Source: a virus. From it: a stretch of DNA of 64,000 bases. This document shows positions 18,905 through 28,343 of the stretch, piece by piece. The notes beneath the pieces were generated by a model, which saw nothing but the letters and a program-made list of their open reading frames with translations, had not been told where the DNA came from and searched no databases. Made by a program: the position numbers and the translations under genes. The first letter of the stretch is position 1; each line of letters starts with the position of its first letter. The stretch lies in IMG/VR virus record IMGVR_UViG_3300035701_000003; one strand, written 5' to 3'.

Positions 18905-19297
18905 ATGAGAAATATACTTGTTTTATTTTGTTTATTATTAACAATAAAAGTTTTAGGTCAAGAAGACGGGGACTTAAGATTTAACGAAAATAAAAATTAT
19001 ATAGAGATTTATGTGGATTGCTATGAAGAGGAGAGTATTCCCATATGTTCTATTGCGAATGGCGATTCTGTTTGGTGGTTTAAGACGGCTAGAAAACACA
19101 CACAGGGATGGTTTAATGTAGATACTCTTTATACAAAATATGGCGATTATTTTCACCCCTGTACTTGGGGACCTTACTACGACATACGTACAATAGTATA
19201 TATGAGAAAATTGCTTGATGTCCTCCTAGACGAGAAGATATATAGAGATTATTACTACTTTTATATTAATGGAAGACCGCATAATGATTATAGGTAA
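18905..19297 (+). CDS. Predicted exported protein (signal peptide followed by Gln)
   Basis: MRNILVLFCLLLTIKVLG|QED. Confidence 0.55.
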   Translation: MRNILVLFCLLLTIKVLGQEDGDLRFNENKNYIEIYVDCYEEESIPICSIANGDSVWWFKTARKHTQGWFNVDTLYTKYGDYFHPCTWGPYYDIRTIVYMRKLLDVLLDEKIYRDYYYFYINGRPHNDYR

Positions 19298-20234
19298 TTT
19301 TACAGATTTGCACGCGAGAGCCGATACTCCTCAAGGAAGAACCGATAACTTCCGCAAGAGTATTCTTACTAAACTTGAGGAGATAGGACAGATCTGGAAA
19401 GATAACAAAGTAGAGATTGTTACTTTTACAGGAGATTTATTTGATAGTCCCGACCCTGCTTCTAGTGTGCGTAATGATGTAATATCAATTCTGAAGTCCT
19501 GGCGGCTACGTATTGTAGGGGTCGTAGGCTCTCATGATTATTTTGGTTACCAGATGAAAACTTTGAAGCGTACAGCTTTAGGGTCATTATACTATGCGGG
19601 TATTATTGACTTAGTAGGAGGAGCAGACCAGAAAGAGTACGTAGAATTTAGGCTTAAAGATTTTACTGCTGTTATTACAGGTACCCCTCATACTTACTGG
19701 GCAACTGATAATCTATTATATATAGAGAAGCCACGTTATGTGGAAGGAGCATTTCAGATACAATTAGTTCATTTTGATCTTATGAATAAGACAGTTCCTT
19801 GGCCGCATCTTACAATAGGGCAGATAAGAACAAGTTCCGATGTAGCATTCTGTGGGCATTATCATCCTGGTTGGGAAGTTCCGGTTATGGGCAAAGACCA
19901 CTGCTTGTTTATAAATCAGGGTTCTATAGGGCGTTTGGATAATACCGGCAAACAGCGAACTCCTAGAGTGTGTATATTACAGTTAACAGATTCATTTAAT
20001 CCGCCGGATATTACTTATGTATCATTGCAATCAGCTTTACAACATCCGTTTAAGGAATATATAAAAGAATCTAAAGAAATTAAGTCACAGGATATAAGTA
20101 AATTACTACAAATGATGGAGAACACAGATATAAACATTATAGACATTAAAACTGTACTTCCGAAAGTAGCGAAAGAATTTAATTTCGGGGAAGATGTTTT
20201 ATCTAAAGCGTTTGAATTATTAGAAAAAGTATAA
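19284..20234 (+). CDS. SbcD/Mre11/gp47-like metallophosphoesterase nuclease
   Basis: TDLH, TGDLFD, VGSHD, LVH, CGHYH motifs. Confidence 0.9.
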   Translation: MIIGNFTDLHARADTPQGRTDNFRKSILTKLEEIGQIWKDNKVEIVTFTGDLFDSPDPASSVRNDVISILKSWRLRIVGVVGSHDYFGYQMKTLKRTALGSLYYAGIIDLVGGADQKEYVEFRLKDFTAVITGTPHTYWATDNLLYIEKPRYVEGAFQIQLVHFDLMNKTVPWPHLTIGQIRTSSDVAFCGHYHPGWEVPVMGKDHCLFINQGSIGRLDNTGKQRTPRVCILQLTDSFNPPDITYVSLQSALQHPFKEYIKESKEIKSQDISKLLQMMENTDINIIDIKTVLPKVAKEFNFGEDVLSKAFELLEKV

Positions 20235-20262
20235 TAAATAGAATAAATTACGGAGTAAAATT

Positions 20263-20499
20263 ATGATTAAGATAGTTGTAACTTTTATTGATGGTCCACC
20301 AACTACCTACGAAGCTAGTTATACTAAAGTAAGAGGTTCTTTTTTCTGTATTCATTTTCCTACAAGAAAAGAAGGTAGTAAGGAAAAATTTGATAGTAAG
20401 TTTATTCCTCTACAGCAAATAAAAGAAATTAACCAAACTTCTGATAAAGCACCTGGCCGGGATTTTGATAATCGTTATCCTGGTGGAGGGGATGACTAG
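20263..20499 (+). CDS. Hypothetical protein
   Basis: 78-aa ORF with GGAG RBS. Confidence 0.5.
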   Translation: MIKIVVTFIDGPPTTYEASYTKVRGSFFCIHFPTRKEGSKEKFDSKFIPLQQIKEINQTSDKAPGRDFDNRYPGGGDD

Positions 20500-20501
20500 A
20501 C

Positions 20502-21074
20502 ATGTATACCATAACCAAACAATTCGATTTTTGTTACGGGCATAGAGTATGGTCTCAAACCCTGAATACCGAATTTAGTTTGGACTCTTGTCTTGCTTGC
20601 AGGCACCTTCATGGGCATCAGGCGAGAGTAATTGTATATTTACAGGCGGATACTCTCGTATCAGGAATGGTGACTGATTTCAAGCATCTTAATTGGTTTA
20701 AGAAATGGCTCGATGATGTATTGGATCATAAGTTTATTATGGATATAAATGATCCTTTATTAGTTTATGAAATACCTCATCTTTTTGACGGTCATAGAAA
20801 TTTAAAGCGGGATTATTTAGTAAAACACGCAATAGATGGGGGTTATTATACTCTTTATTTAGAAAAACTAGATGTTCTTAAATATGATTCTGCGTTGACA
20901 GAAAAATATGAAGGAATGGTTATAGTAAATTTTGTTCCTACTTCTGAAAATTTAAGTAGTTGGCTTTTTGATATAGTAAATGAAAGAATGAAAAGATTGT
21001 TTGTAAAAGTATCAAAAGTGGAATTTTTTGAAACCCCAAAATCAAGAAGTATATATACAGACGGTGGAGTCTAA
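20502..21074 (+). CDS. queD: 6-carboxytetrahydropterin synthase (QueD/PTPS family)
   Basis: FCYGHR, CRHLHGH, GMVTDFK, LDHKF, PTSENL, FETP motifs. Confidence 0.9.
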   Translation: MYTITKQFDFCYGHRVWSQTLNTEFSLDSCLACRHLHGHQARVIVYLQADTLVSGMVTDFKHLNWFKKWLDDVLDHKFIMDINDPLLVYEIPHLFDGHRNLKRDYLVKHAIDGGYYTLYLEKLDVLKYDSALTEKYEGMVIVNFVPTSENLSSWLFDIVNERMKRLFVKVSKVEFFETPKSRSIYTDGGV

Positions 21075-21143
21075 ATGGGGCTATTTGGTCTCCTTAATTA
21101 TACAAGTTAAATAAGGAAGTTTAATAAAAAAAAGGACTTATAA

Positions 21144-21404
21144 ATGTCTAACGAAGAAAAATTAATACAGTATACCAATAGAATAGAAGCTATAAAGAAG
21201 ATTAAAATATCTTCGGAGGCCGAGTTAAAAATGCTAGAAACTCAGTACCAAGAAAAGGAACAAGAATTAAAGGATCTTGGTGTAACTGATTTGGATAATC
21301 TTCCTTCTTTTTTACAAAATTTAGGACAAGAAATAACTACTGCAGAACAAAAGATAGAAAATGTGTTATCTGATATAGAAACTAAATTAACTATTAAAAA
21401 ATGA
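21144..21404 (+). CDS. Small coiled-coil protein, possibly the middle piece of the split SbcC
   Basis: 86-aa heptad-rich ORF overlapping the SbcC C-half by ATGA. Confidence 0.5.
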   Translation: MSNEEKLIQYTNRIEAIKKIKISSEAELKMLETQYQEKEQELKDLGVTDLDNLPSFLQNLGQEITTAEQKIENVLSDIETKLTIKK

Positions 21405-22108
21405 TTGATTCCGATTTACTACAAACTTTTAAGAGACTAAAGAATACGGTTTTAGCCCTAGAAGGGGAAAGGAATCTACTGCAGAAACAAGAAAAAGAAA
21501 TTATTGATAAAATCGTTTTCTCTGAACATGAAATACTCTTATATGAAAACGTAAGAAACTTATTAGAGTTATTCGTAAAAAGTACTGAGAAGGGTATTAA
21601 GAATTATGTAGAACCCTTAATAACAGAGGCTCTTGAATATGTATTCTCGCAATATCTTAAATTTCATCTTATACTTACTACTAGAAGGAATCAAATTGAA
21701 ATAGATTTTGTATTGATAAGAAGTTCAGATATAGAGCAGTTATACCAAGAGTGTATAAAAGACCCCAGTAAGGAAGACGATTTAATGGAGTTAGTAAAGG
21801 ATGCTAAGAATATTAACTACAACCAAGGAGGCGCTATCAATCAGGTAATATCTACTGTGTTGAGATTAGTTATATTAGAAATGTTGAAAATAAAGGGGCC
21901 TGTATTTTTTGATGAGCCTACTTCTATGGTATCCGAAGAGTATAGTACTAGATTAGGTCATTTACTATTATCTCTTAGCAGGCGTTTTAATAGACAACAT
22001 ATTTTAATTACTCATAGTAATTCCCTTGCAGCTTATGCTTCTAAAATTTATCAAGTAACTCAGGAAAATTCTATATCCAGAGTAACTTTAATAAATGATG
22101 GGGTATAG
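21401..22108 (+). CDS. SbcC/Rad50-like ATPase, C-terminal half
   Basis: Degenerate signature NQGG, Walker B VFFDEP, H-loop ILITH. Confidence 0.85.
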   Translation: MIDSDLLQTFKRLKNTVLALEGERNLLQKQEKEIIDKIVFSEHEILLYENVRNLLELFVKSTEKGIKNYVEPLITEALEYVFSQYLKFHLILTTRRNQIEIDFVLIRSSDIEQLYQECIKDPSKEDDLMELVKDAKNINYNQGGAINQVISTVLRLVILEMLKIKGPVFFDEPTSMVSEEYSTRLGHLLLSLSRRFNRQHILITHSNSLAAYASKIYQVTQENSISRVTLINDGV

Positions 22109-22110
22109 TA

Positions 22111-22620
22111 ATGACAACAGTACTTCTTAAAAAAATTCCCAATTCTAGTATGATAGAAGCACCTGATTTTTGTCCTTATAAAGAATTGGATTTCCGTCCC
22201 GCTTTTGATACTATCCAAACAGTATCTCCTTCTATGTGTCCTCTTTGTAAGTTATGCCAGTTTGCCCCCAATTTAGAAGCATCGGATTCTTTCCTAATGA
22301 CTTCTTTATCTAAAGAAGAAATGAAATTATGTAATGAGTATCTTCTAAGATTTAATAGTAAGCTAGCTAAAGCTATTTCAGATCAAGTTTCCTTTCTTTT
22401 AAGTAAAGGGAGAGCGACTTTGGCTATTTTAGTTACAGCTACCATTTTAGAAAATACTTTACAATATGCTATAAAAGATTCTAAGAAATGTAAATTATTA
22501 TTCTATCATTATACTAACCACGAAGAACCTTTGTGTTATATATCTGGAAGTCCTGTGTATTTTTCTAGAAAGTTAACTAAAAGTAGTATTCAAGTGGTTG
22601 GAGAGGCGGAATGGAAATGA
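22111..22620 (+). CDS. Hypothetical protein
   Basis: 169-aa ORF; CPLCKLC cluster. Confidence 0.55.
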   Translation: MTTVLLKKIPNSSMIEAPDFCPYKELDFRPAFDTIQTVSPSMCPLCKLCQFAPNLEASDSFLMTSLSKEEMKLCNEYLLRFNSKLAKAISDQVSFLLSKGRATLAILVTATILENTLQYAIKDSKKCKLLFYHYTNHEEPLCYISGSPVYFSRKLTKSSIQVVGEAEWK

Positions 22621-22826
22621 ACAATTATTTACGAGTAGAAGAACCTGAGGTTTATATAAAAGTAGGTATCAAAGGAGTGTCTGTAGTGAAAGTGGATTGG
22701 GGCGAACTTATAGATCGTACACTTTTATTTGATACTATAACTAATGATAAGATCACTGAGGAAGTTGTAGGATATTTAAATCAAGCAATAAAAATGATGA
22801 AAAGAAAACCAATAAAAGGAGAATAA
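22611..22826 (+). CDS. Hypothetical protein
   Basis: 71-aa ORF with GGAGG RBS. Confidence 0.5.
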   Translation: MEMNNYLRVEEPEVYIKVGIKGVSVVKVDWGELIDRTLLFDTITNDKITEEVVGYLNQAIKMMKRKPIKGE

Positions 22827-22828
22827 AT

Positions 22829-23833
22829 ATGTTACTATACACTGATTCTGATTTACGAATAAAAGCCAGCAAGATTATTACTACTGGAACTGGGCGGACT
22901 TCCGAAAAGTATCCCCCAGTTCCTTTTTCCATTAACAATACCCCATTAACAGCATTTTATGTGGAAACTAGTAATACTTATCGTTTTAAATGGGGGGACC
23001 ATTATTTTAAACTTTTTGTAGATGAAGTAAAAGCTCTTCCTATTCATGAACAAATGAAGTTTTACACCGATAAAAAGGTTGAAGAAGCTCTTCAAAAACT
23101 CTTTCCGGGAAAAGAGAAAAAAATAAAAAGTACTTCTTTTTTAAAGGGAGGTCCTTTTGTTACTATGATTCAACACCCCGGTATTAAAGGAGTCTTCGTA
23201 GGTACTGTACTTAGAGTAATGAGTTTTAAAGATGATGGAGTTGTTGTTTATACGACTGATGGTATACATACAATCCCCCCTGAATTTTACAGATACTCTT
23301 CTAATGGGGAAGTTTATTCATATTTTATAAGACAAGGCTCAGGGTACGCGAAAATAATACTAGAAGAGAATATACTTCCTAAAATAGTATCTTTAAAAGG
23401 AGTAGCAGAAGATTTAGGAGTCGTTTATTATGAAGGTGGTGAAGCTCCTTTGGAATGTTGTTTTGTAGTAACACCTTCTGAAATATTAACCCATTTGAAA
23501 GAAGAAGTTAAAAAAGATTATCAAATGGATATAGGATCCACTGTAGTTCATAACCTTGGAACTAAAGGTAAAGTAACTAATTTTTTACTGGATACTCATA
23601 ATGCTTTTCTTCTAGTGCAAATAGAATCTACTCCTGGTAGTAAACCTTTAGTACGCCCTGTGAAGGAATTCAAGACTTTGAATGATTATTCCTCTTTACG
23701 TGGTAATCAATTATTAGAATACTATAAAAAGCAGATTGAAGAATTGTTAATAGTTGATAAGAATCCTAAATCTGTTGTGTGGGAGACCTTTTTTACACAA
23801 TTAAAAACATATGCGAAAGAAAAATTAAAGTAA
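22829..23833 (+). CDS. Hypothetical protein, possibly tandem SH3/KOW-like beta domains
   Basis: 334-aa ORF; segments such as MDIGSTVVHNLGTKGKV. Confidence 0.5.
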   Translation: MLLYTDSDLRIKASKIITTGTGRTSEKYPPVPFSINNTPLTAFYVETSNTYRFKWGDHYFKLFVDEVKALPIHEQMKFYTDKKVEEALQKLFPGKEKKIKSTSFLKGGPFVTMIQHPGIKGVFVGTVLRVMSFKDDGVVVYTTDGIHTIPPEFYRYSSNGEVYSYFIRQGSGYAKIILEENILPKIVSLKGVAEDLGVVYYEGGEAPLECCFVVTPSEILTHLKEEVKKDYQMDIGSTVVHNLGTKGKVTNFLLDTHNAFLLVQIESTPGSKPLVRPVKEFKTLNDYSSLRGNQLLEYYKKQIEELLIVDKNPKSVVWETFFTQLKTYAKEKLK

Positions 23834-23950
23834 CTGTTTTTAACTGTTTTTCGTTAAACTTATACTTTATACCATGTTTATCATAAAAGTTGTTTATAGA
23901 CCATTTATGCTTGAAATAAGATGTATTTTCCATACAAGGAGATAACTATA

Positions 23951-24184
23951 ATGAACAATCCCTTAAATGAATTTATATCCGATGAAACTTATGATCTTAT
24001 AAAACCTTTTCTTGATGAAAAAGCCATACGTGATTATATTATACGACAGAAGTATAAAAGATTGAGAAGTGAGGGAATGAGAGCTTGTGACACGATTGAG
24101 AAACTGTTAGTAGATTACCCTTATTTACAATTTGATACTGTTAGAAAAATAGTAAGTACTCATACCCTTAAAAACGTCCCCTAA
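23951..24184 (+). CDS. Small helical protein resembling a conserved Ignavibacteria-type putative regulator
   Basis: NPLNEFISDETY...LDEKAIRDYIIRQKYKRLR...DYPYLQFDTVRKIV; family recognised from memory, not searched; GGAG RBS before ATG 23951. Confidence 0.55.
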   Translation: MNNPLNEFISDETYDLIKPFLDEKAIRDYIIRQKYKRLRSEGMRACDTIEKLLVDYPYLQFDTVRKIVSTHTLKNVP

Positions 24185-24191
24185 AAAACTC

Positions 24192-24446
24192 TTGTTTGAT
24201 ATATTTGAAAGCCCCGATTTTATATTAACTCCAGATAAATGGTCCCGTACCATACATAAAAGATCCCGTGGAAAAAAAGAAATAGTATTTCTTTATAAAA
24301 AAGAAGCCTTCACAGCGATTACCTTTTATCAAACTTCTCCTTTTTATGAAGTAGTTACTTTAGAAAATAAATGTCCCTATAGATTACCATTACCCCGTAA
24401 TGTGGAAGAATTTGAGTCCGACTTACAAAGGTGTAAAGCTTCCTAA
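24192..24446 (+). CDS. Hypothetical protein
   Basis: 84-aa ORF, TTG start. Confidence 0.4.
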   Translation: MFDIFESPDFILTPDKWSRTIHKRSRGKKEIVFLYKKEAFTAITFYQTSPFYEVVTLENKCPYRLPLPRNVEEFESDLQRCKAS

Positions 24447-24614
24447 AATTTGAGTTTCCCCTTGGAAGCACTATATTTAAGGTAGTAAATAAACAAAAGT
24501 AGAATATAGTTTATGTTATTATTTATTGTTCTTGAAATTACTTTATTACAACTCTTTTAATTTCATGTCAATACTATTACCGCCACTTTTTTATCATAAG
24601 TTTTAGGGGGAATT

Positions 24615-26075
24615 ATGCCAGGGCCTGCTGCTATTATTAAATATAATTGGGTTAGGAGGAAAGCATATCTACACAAAAATTTAATAGAAGAGTATCTGAG
24701 GAAGTATCCCAATTTATCTTCTAGCGAACTTTCTATTAAAATAATTACCGAAACTCCTTCTCTTGGGGTAACTCATCTTACTAACTTAACTAACATTGTT
24801 AACGCTGTTAAACGTAAAGATTTTATGATATCTTCTCCCGATGCATGTCCCGGCGAGTCTACCAACATAGGAGTAATTAGTGTTAGTGGTAATGCGGATG
24901 GTTCCCAAGAAATGAAAGGTAACTCTGATACAGAAATAAAATCCTTACAAGGGCTTTTAAAGTTTTTTAAGGTAGACCCCGAACAATGGATTGTAGAAAA
25001 ATGGGAATGTACTACTTGGCAATCCCATGTTAAATTAAGACATTATGATCAAGATAAAGAGTCTAAAATAGGTTACCATAGAATAGATGATGAACATAAG
25101 GTAATCGACTTGTATAGAGTATGGGCTAGGTTGTCTCCTAATAAGCCCGTAATAGATTTAAGATTTATAGAAAGTACTATACTAAAGAATATTAAGAAGT
25201 TCTCCCCTATTTATAAAAAGATAAAATATGAGAAATATCTTAATCCTGCTATGCAAGAAATTAATATTTTTGATTTACATTTAGGCAAAAGAGGATGGAT
25301 GCCGGAAACTGGAACGGAATACAACTTAGAAATAGCAAGGGAATTATTTTTAGTATGTTTAAAGGATTTAATAAATAAAGGGCAATACTGGCATAGAGAT
25401 CTTATTTTATTTCCTGTAGGCAACGATTTCTTTAATGCTGATAATCCCGAAAACGCTACTTCCAGCGGAAGACATATACAAGATGAAGATGAAAGGTGGA
25501 GAAAAACCTTTTCTACCGGGTTGAATTTAATAAGAGAGGCTATTGATTTATTGCAAAATATAGCTCCCGTTGAAGTACCTATTATACCCGGTAATCACGA
25601 TAGACAAAGGTCTCAATATTTAGGTTATGCTTTAGAGGGGTGGTATCATAATAATCCTAACGTAACTATAGATAATAGCCCCAAATTAAGAAAATATAAA
25701 CTATACGGAAATTGCCTAATAGGATATACCCATGGGCATGATGAGAAACTGGAAGATTTGCCTATTACTATGGCCAACGAAGTCCCAGAACTTTTTTCAA
25801 GAGCTAAATTTAAAGAATGGCATATTGGTGATAAGCACTTTAAAAAAGAAATTAAATGGTTGTCCACAGAAGAAATGAAAGGAGTTACTGTAAGAAGATT
25901 ACGAAGTCTTACAGGAACGGATGCTTGGCATTACTTGAAAGGGTATGTAGCCAACGTGAGAGCCGCGGAGTCTTTTATTTGGGATAAAACAAATGGTTTG
26001 GTATCTCAATTTTCAGTTAACTACCATGGTGAAACTGACGAGCGATTTAGGGATAGAAAAATACCTAAAAAATAA
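24615..26075 (+). CDS. Calcineurin-like metallophosphoesterase with N-terminal extension
   Basis: FDLHLGK, GNDFFNAD, PGNHD, YTHG, HIGDKH motifs. Confidence 0.8.
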   Translation: MPGPAAIIKYNWVRRKAYLHKNLIEEYLRKYPNLSSSELSIKIITETPSLGVTHLTNLTNIVNAVKRKDFMISSPDACPGESTNIGVISVSGNADGSQEMKGNSDTEIKSLQGLLKFFKVDPEQWIVEKWECTTWQSHVKLRHYDQDKESKIGYHRIDDEHKVIDLYRVWARLSPNKPVIDLRFIESTILKNIKKFSPIYKKIKYEKYLNPAMQEINIFDLHLGKRGWMPETGTEYNLEIARELFLVCLKDLINKGQYWHRDLILFPVGNDFFNADNPENATSSGRHIQDEDERWRKTFSTGLNLIREAIDLLQNIAPVEVPIIPGNHDRQRSQYLGYALEGWYHNNPNVTIDNSPKLRKYKLYGNCLIGYTHGHDEKLEDLPITMANEVPELFSRAKFKEWHIGDKHFKKEIKWLSTEEMKGVTVRRLRSLTGTDAWHYLKGYVANVRAAESFIWDKTNGLVSQFSVNYHGETDERFRDRKIPKK

Positions 26076-26102
26076 TACTAATTCCTTCAACTACCCCCTG
26101 CG

Positions 26103-26139
26103 AGAACGGAAGTATCTTTTAATTAAGATCTTCCGTTCT
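26103..26139. other. 15-bp stem hairpin with a 1-nt bulge in the intergenic gap
   Basis: AGAACGGAAG-t-ATCTT / AAGAT-CTTCCGTTCT around a TTAATT loop. Confidence 0.75.
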
Positions 26140-26193
26140 TCGTGTATTATACTATATAAACATAACAAAAGGAGAAGCCACTTGGGTATTAAA

Positions 26194-26382
26194 ATGGGCG
26201 GTTATATTTGTGATTCATGCCGGAAAATAATTTTACTTCCTACTGACGAATTATACGGAGCTGTAATAAAACTTATTGATAAAGGTTTTACAGTAGCTAT
26301 CTTTTGTGAAGAATGTAAAACCTTACCTATTGAACACTTACTGAAAATACAACGAAAGGAGAATATTAATGAAAATGCTTAA
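26194..26382 (+). CDS. Small Zn-binding protein
   Basis: MGGYICDSC...FCEEC; true start probably 26194. Confidence 0.5.
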   Translation: MGGYICDSCRKIILLPTDELYGAVIKLIDKGFTVAIFCEECKTLPIEHLLKIQRKENINENA

Positions 26383-26494
26383 ATTTTTTCGTGACTTAGG
26401 CGCCGTCATTATTTCCGCGTTACTATGGATATGTATTATTTTATTTTATAAGATATGTGGAAAAGACGAGGAAGTGGGGTTATGGCTGGATTAA
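26369..26494 (+). CDS. Small membrane peptide (41 aa; not in the ORF track)
   Basis: MKMLKFFRDLGAVIISALLWICIILFYKICG...; GGAG upstream. Confidence 0.4.
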   Translation: MKMLKFFRDLGAVIISALLWICIILFYKICGKDEEVGLWLD

Positions 26495-26688
26495 ATGAAA
26501 CAATATTATATGCTGCTATGAAAATATTAACGGAAATAGAATATGTTGATGTTTTAAGTAAGCAGACGAAAATTATAAAACTTAGTGGTTGTGCAGGTTA
26601 TATACCTGTATTTAAAACACTGAAAGAAGCTAAGAAATATACCTTAAAAGGTACATATAAAACTATGTTAGTAAGAGTCGGGGAATAA
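26455..26688 (+). CDS. Hypothetical protein (start uncertain)
   Basis: ORF track; accessory cluster. Confidence 0.45.
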   Translation: MWKRRGSGVMAGLNETILYAAMKILTEIEYVDVLSKQTKIIKLSGCAGYIPVFKTLKEAKKYTLKGTYKTMLVRVGE

Positions 26689-26689
26689 A

Positions 26690-26965
26690 ATGAAAGATAG
26701 AATACATAAAGTATTAAAAGAGATAATATCAAAATATAGCCAAGAGGATGGTTATTTACTTAAGAGCTCCTATGATGAAGTTGTAAAGGATATTGAGATT
26801 TTTATAGCCTCCCTTGGAAAAACCCCTAGAAAGTTTTGGGTAGAGATACAATACATACCTGCTGAGAGCGAGCCCCCTGAATTTATAGAAGCCATTTTTA
26901 TCCAAAGACATAGAGAAAATCTTGATAATGTGGGTGAAGTTTTTAGAGTAATAGAGGAATTATAA
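26690..26965 (+). CDS. Hypothetical protein
   Basis: 91-aa ORF, coupled to neighbours. Confidence 0.55.
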   Translation: MKDRIHKVLKEIISKYSQEDGYLLKSSYDEVVKDIEIFIASLGKTPRKFWVEIQYIPAESEPPEFIEAIFIQRHRENLDNVGEVFRVIEEL

Positions 26966-27234
26966 TGAATAAAGCTACTTGTCCTATACACGGTACTAAA
27001 TTTATGATAAGAGAGGGTACTGCTAAATGTAGCCCCTATTATTGTAACTTTCCTACTCCAAATGAGAGATTCTCCAGGTGTTTTTATCATTCTTCAGGGA
27101 GATCAAAAGTTATAGTTAAAGAAGATACAGATCATAGTAAGCCTGATGTGATGAAGGCTATATTTACAAATAGTGATAAGTTTTGGTTAAGGAAAGTACA
27201 GATAAAAAAAGCGCAAGGTTATGCTAAATTTTAA
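26965..27234 (+). CDS. Cys/His-rich hypothetical protein
   Basis: CPIHG...C...C...C..H. Confidence 0.5.
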   Translation: MNKATCPIHGTKFMIREGTAKCSPYYCNFPTPNERFSRCFYHSSGRSKVIVKEDTDHSKPDVMKAIFTNSDKFWLRKVQIKKAQGYAKF

Positions 27235-27309
27235 TAAAGGGAAATATAAAATGAAGACAGTAAAAGAATATTTTAATGCCAATACAACATTTGTAATGGA
27301 GCAACTATT

Positions 27310-27606
27310 TTGATAGATATAAAACCAAATCTTCAAGCAGCCATTCTTCAGATAGAAGAAGCTAAAAGGATAGGTAAATGTCCTTGGTGTTGTTGTGCAA
27401 TAACAGAACAGTATGTATATGATATAATGAACCCAAATGGACTTGTAAAAGATGGTATAGTATATAGAATCGTTCACTTTCCACAAGAAACTTTCGCAGA
27501 ATCTCAAAAAAGATGGCGAGAAGAGGGTGTGATTACAGAAAAACAATATAAACGAGCTGTGTCTATCAAAGTTAAAACCCCGAAAATGAAGGGGGAAATA
27601 AAATGA
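27310..27606 (+). CDS. Hypothetical protein
   Basis: TTG start with GGAG 8 nt upstream; CPWCC. Confidence 0.5.
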   Translation: MIDIKPNLQAAILQIEEAKRIGKCPWCCCAITEQYVYDIMNPNGLVKDGIVYRIVHFPQETFAESQKRWREEGVITEKQYKRAVSIKVKTPKMKGEIK

Positions 27607-27659
27607 AAACAGAATCAAGAAAATGTAATGATAATGTCTTAGGGGACAGAGGAAACAAA

Positions 27660-27965
27660 ATGAACTGGAAATCAATCAAAAAAAAATATCCGAAGGCATT
27701 CAAATTACTGGACAAAACTGTTGATATATTTTGGGATTGTAGATTCCTCTATGACTTCTTTGATGAGCAGGGGATAATAATACAGATTAAATTTTTCTGG
27801 AAAGCCGAGATACTAAAAAAGAAATGGTCTTATGAAATAAGTAACGATTTTGAGTATATCTATTCCTCCAACTTAAATGATAGTATTACTTATTCTAACC
27901 GCATCGAAGCAGAAGAACAAGCCTTTCTTAAAGCATTCGAAATACTGGAGGAGAAAATAAAATGA
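27660..27965 (+). CDS. Hypothetical protein
   Basis: MNWKSIKKKYPKAF...RIEAEEQAFLKAFEILE, a phage-type small protein. Confidence 0.55.
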   Translation: MNWKSIKKKYPKAFKLLDKTVDIFWDCRFLYDFFDEQGIIIQIKFFWKAEILKKKWSYEISNDFEYIYSSNLNDSITYSNRIEAEEQAFLKAFEILEEKIK

Positions 27966-28102
27966 ATGATATTAAAAAAGATAGGCAAGGAAACAGAAAT
28001 ATATTTGCAGGGGATAAGGCAGTTTAAAGGTAAGACGGATTTGAAGTTAGTCAAAATATTTCTTGAACAAGAATTATTAAAATATAAAGGAGAAACAAAA
28101 TG
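27962..28102 (+). CDS. Small hypothetical protein (46 aa; not in the ORF track)
   Basis: Begins MNDIKK, as does the next ORF; ATGA overlap with the upstream gene. Confidence 0.4.
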
Positions 28103-28342
28103 AATGATATTAAGAAAGAACTGGCGGGTGCTTTAGCAAGAGCATATACTACTGATAGAAATTCTCACAAAGAACTTGATTCGATTTTAATTGAAGATAT
28201 GGTTACTGAGTTAATTCCTATTGTAGAACGAAAACTTAAAGAAGCAAGGATAGATGAGAATAAACAATGGTTAAAAGCAACAAAGTTAGATTATGTTACA
28301 TCGTTTAATTTTAAGAATCGTATATCAGAACTGGAGAAATAA
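28100..28342 (+). CDS. Hypothetical protein
   Basis: 80 aa, GGAG RBS. Confidence 0.55.
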   Translation: MNDIKKELAGALARAYTTDRNSHKELDSILIEDMVTELIPIVERKLKEARIDENKQWLKATKLDYVTSFNFKNRISELEK

Positions 28343-28343
28343 A

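Noticed and set aside
27251-27606. Frameshifted single gene (MKTVKEYF...QLF joined to IDIKPNLQ... by a one-T slip)
   Set aside because: The TTG at 27310 has its own GGAG RBS and a standard 4-nt overlap, so two coupled ORFs explain it equally well; cannot be resolved without reads
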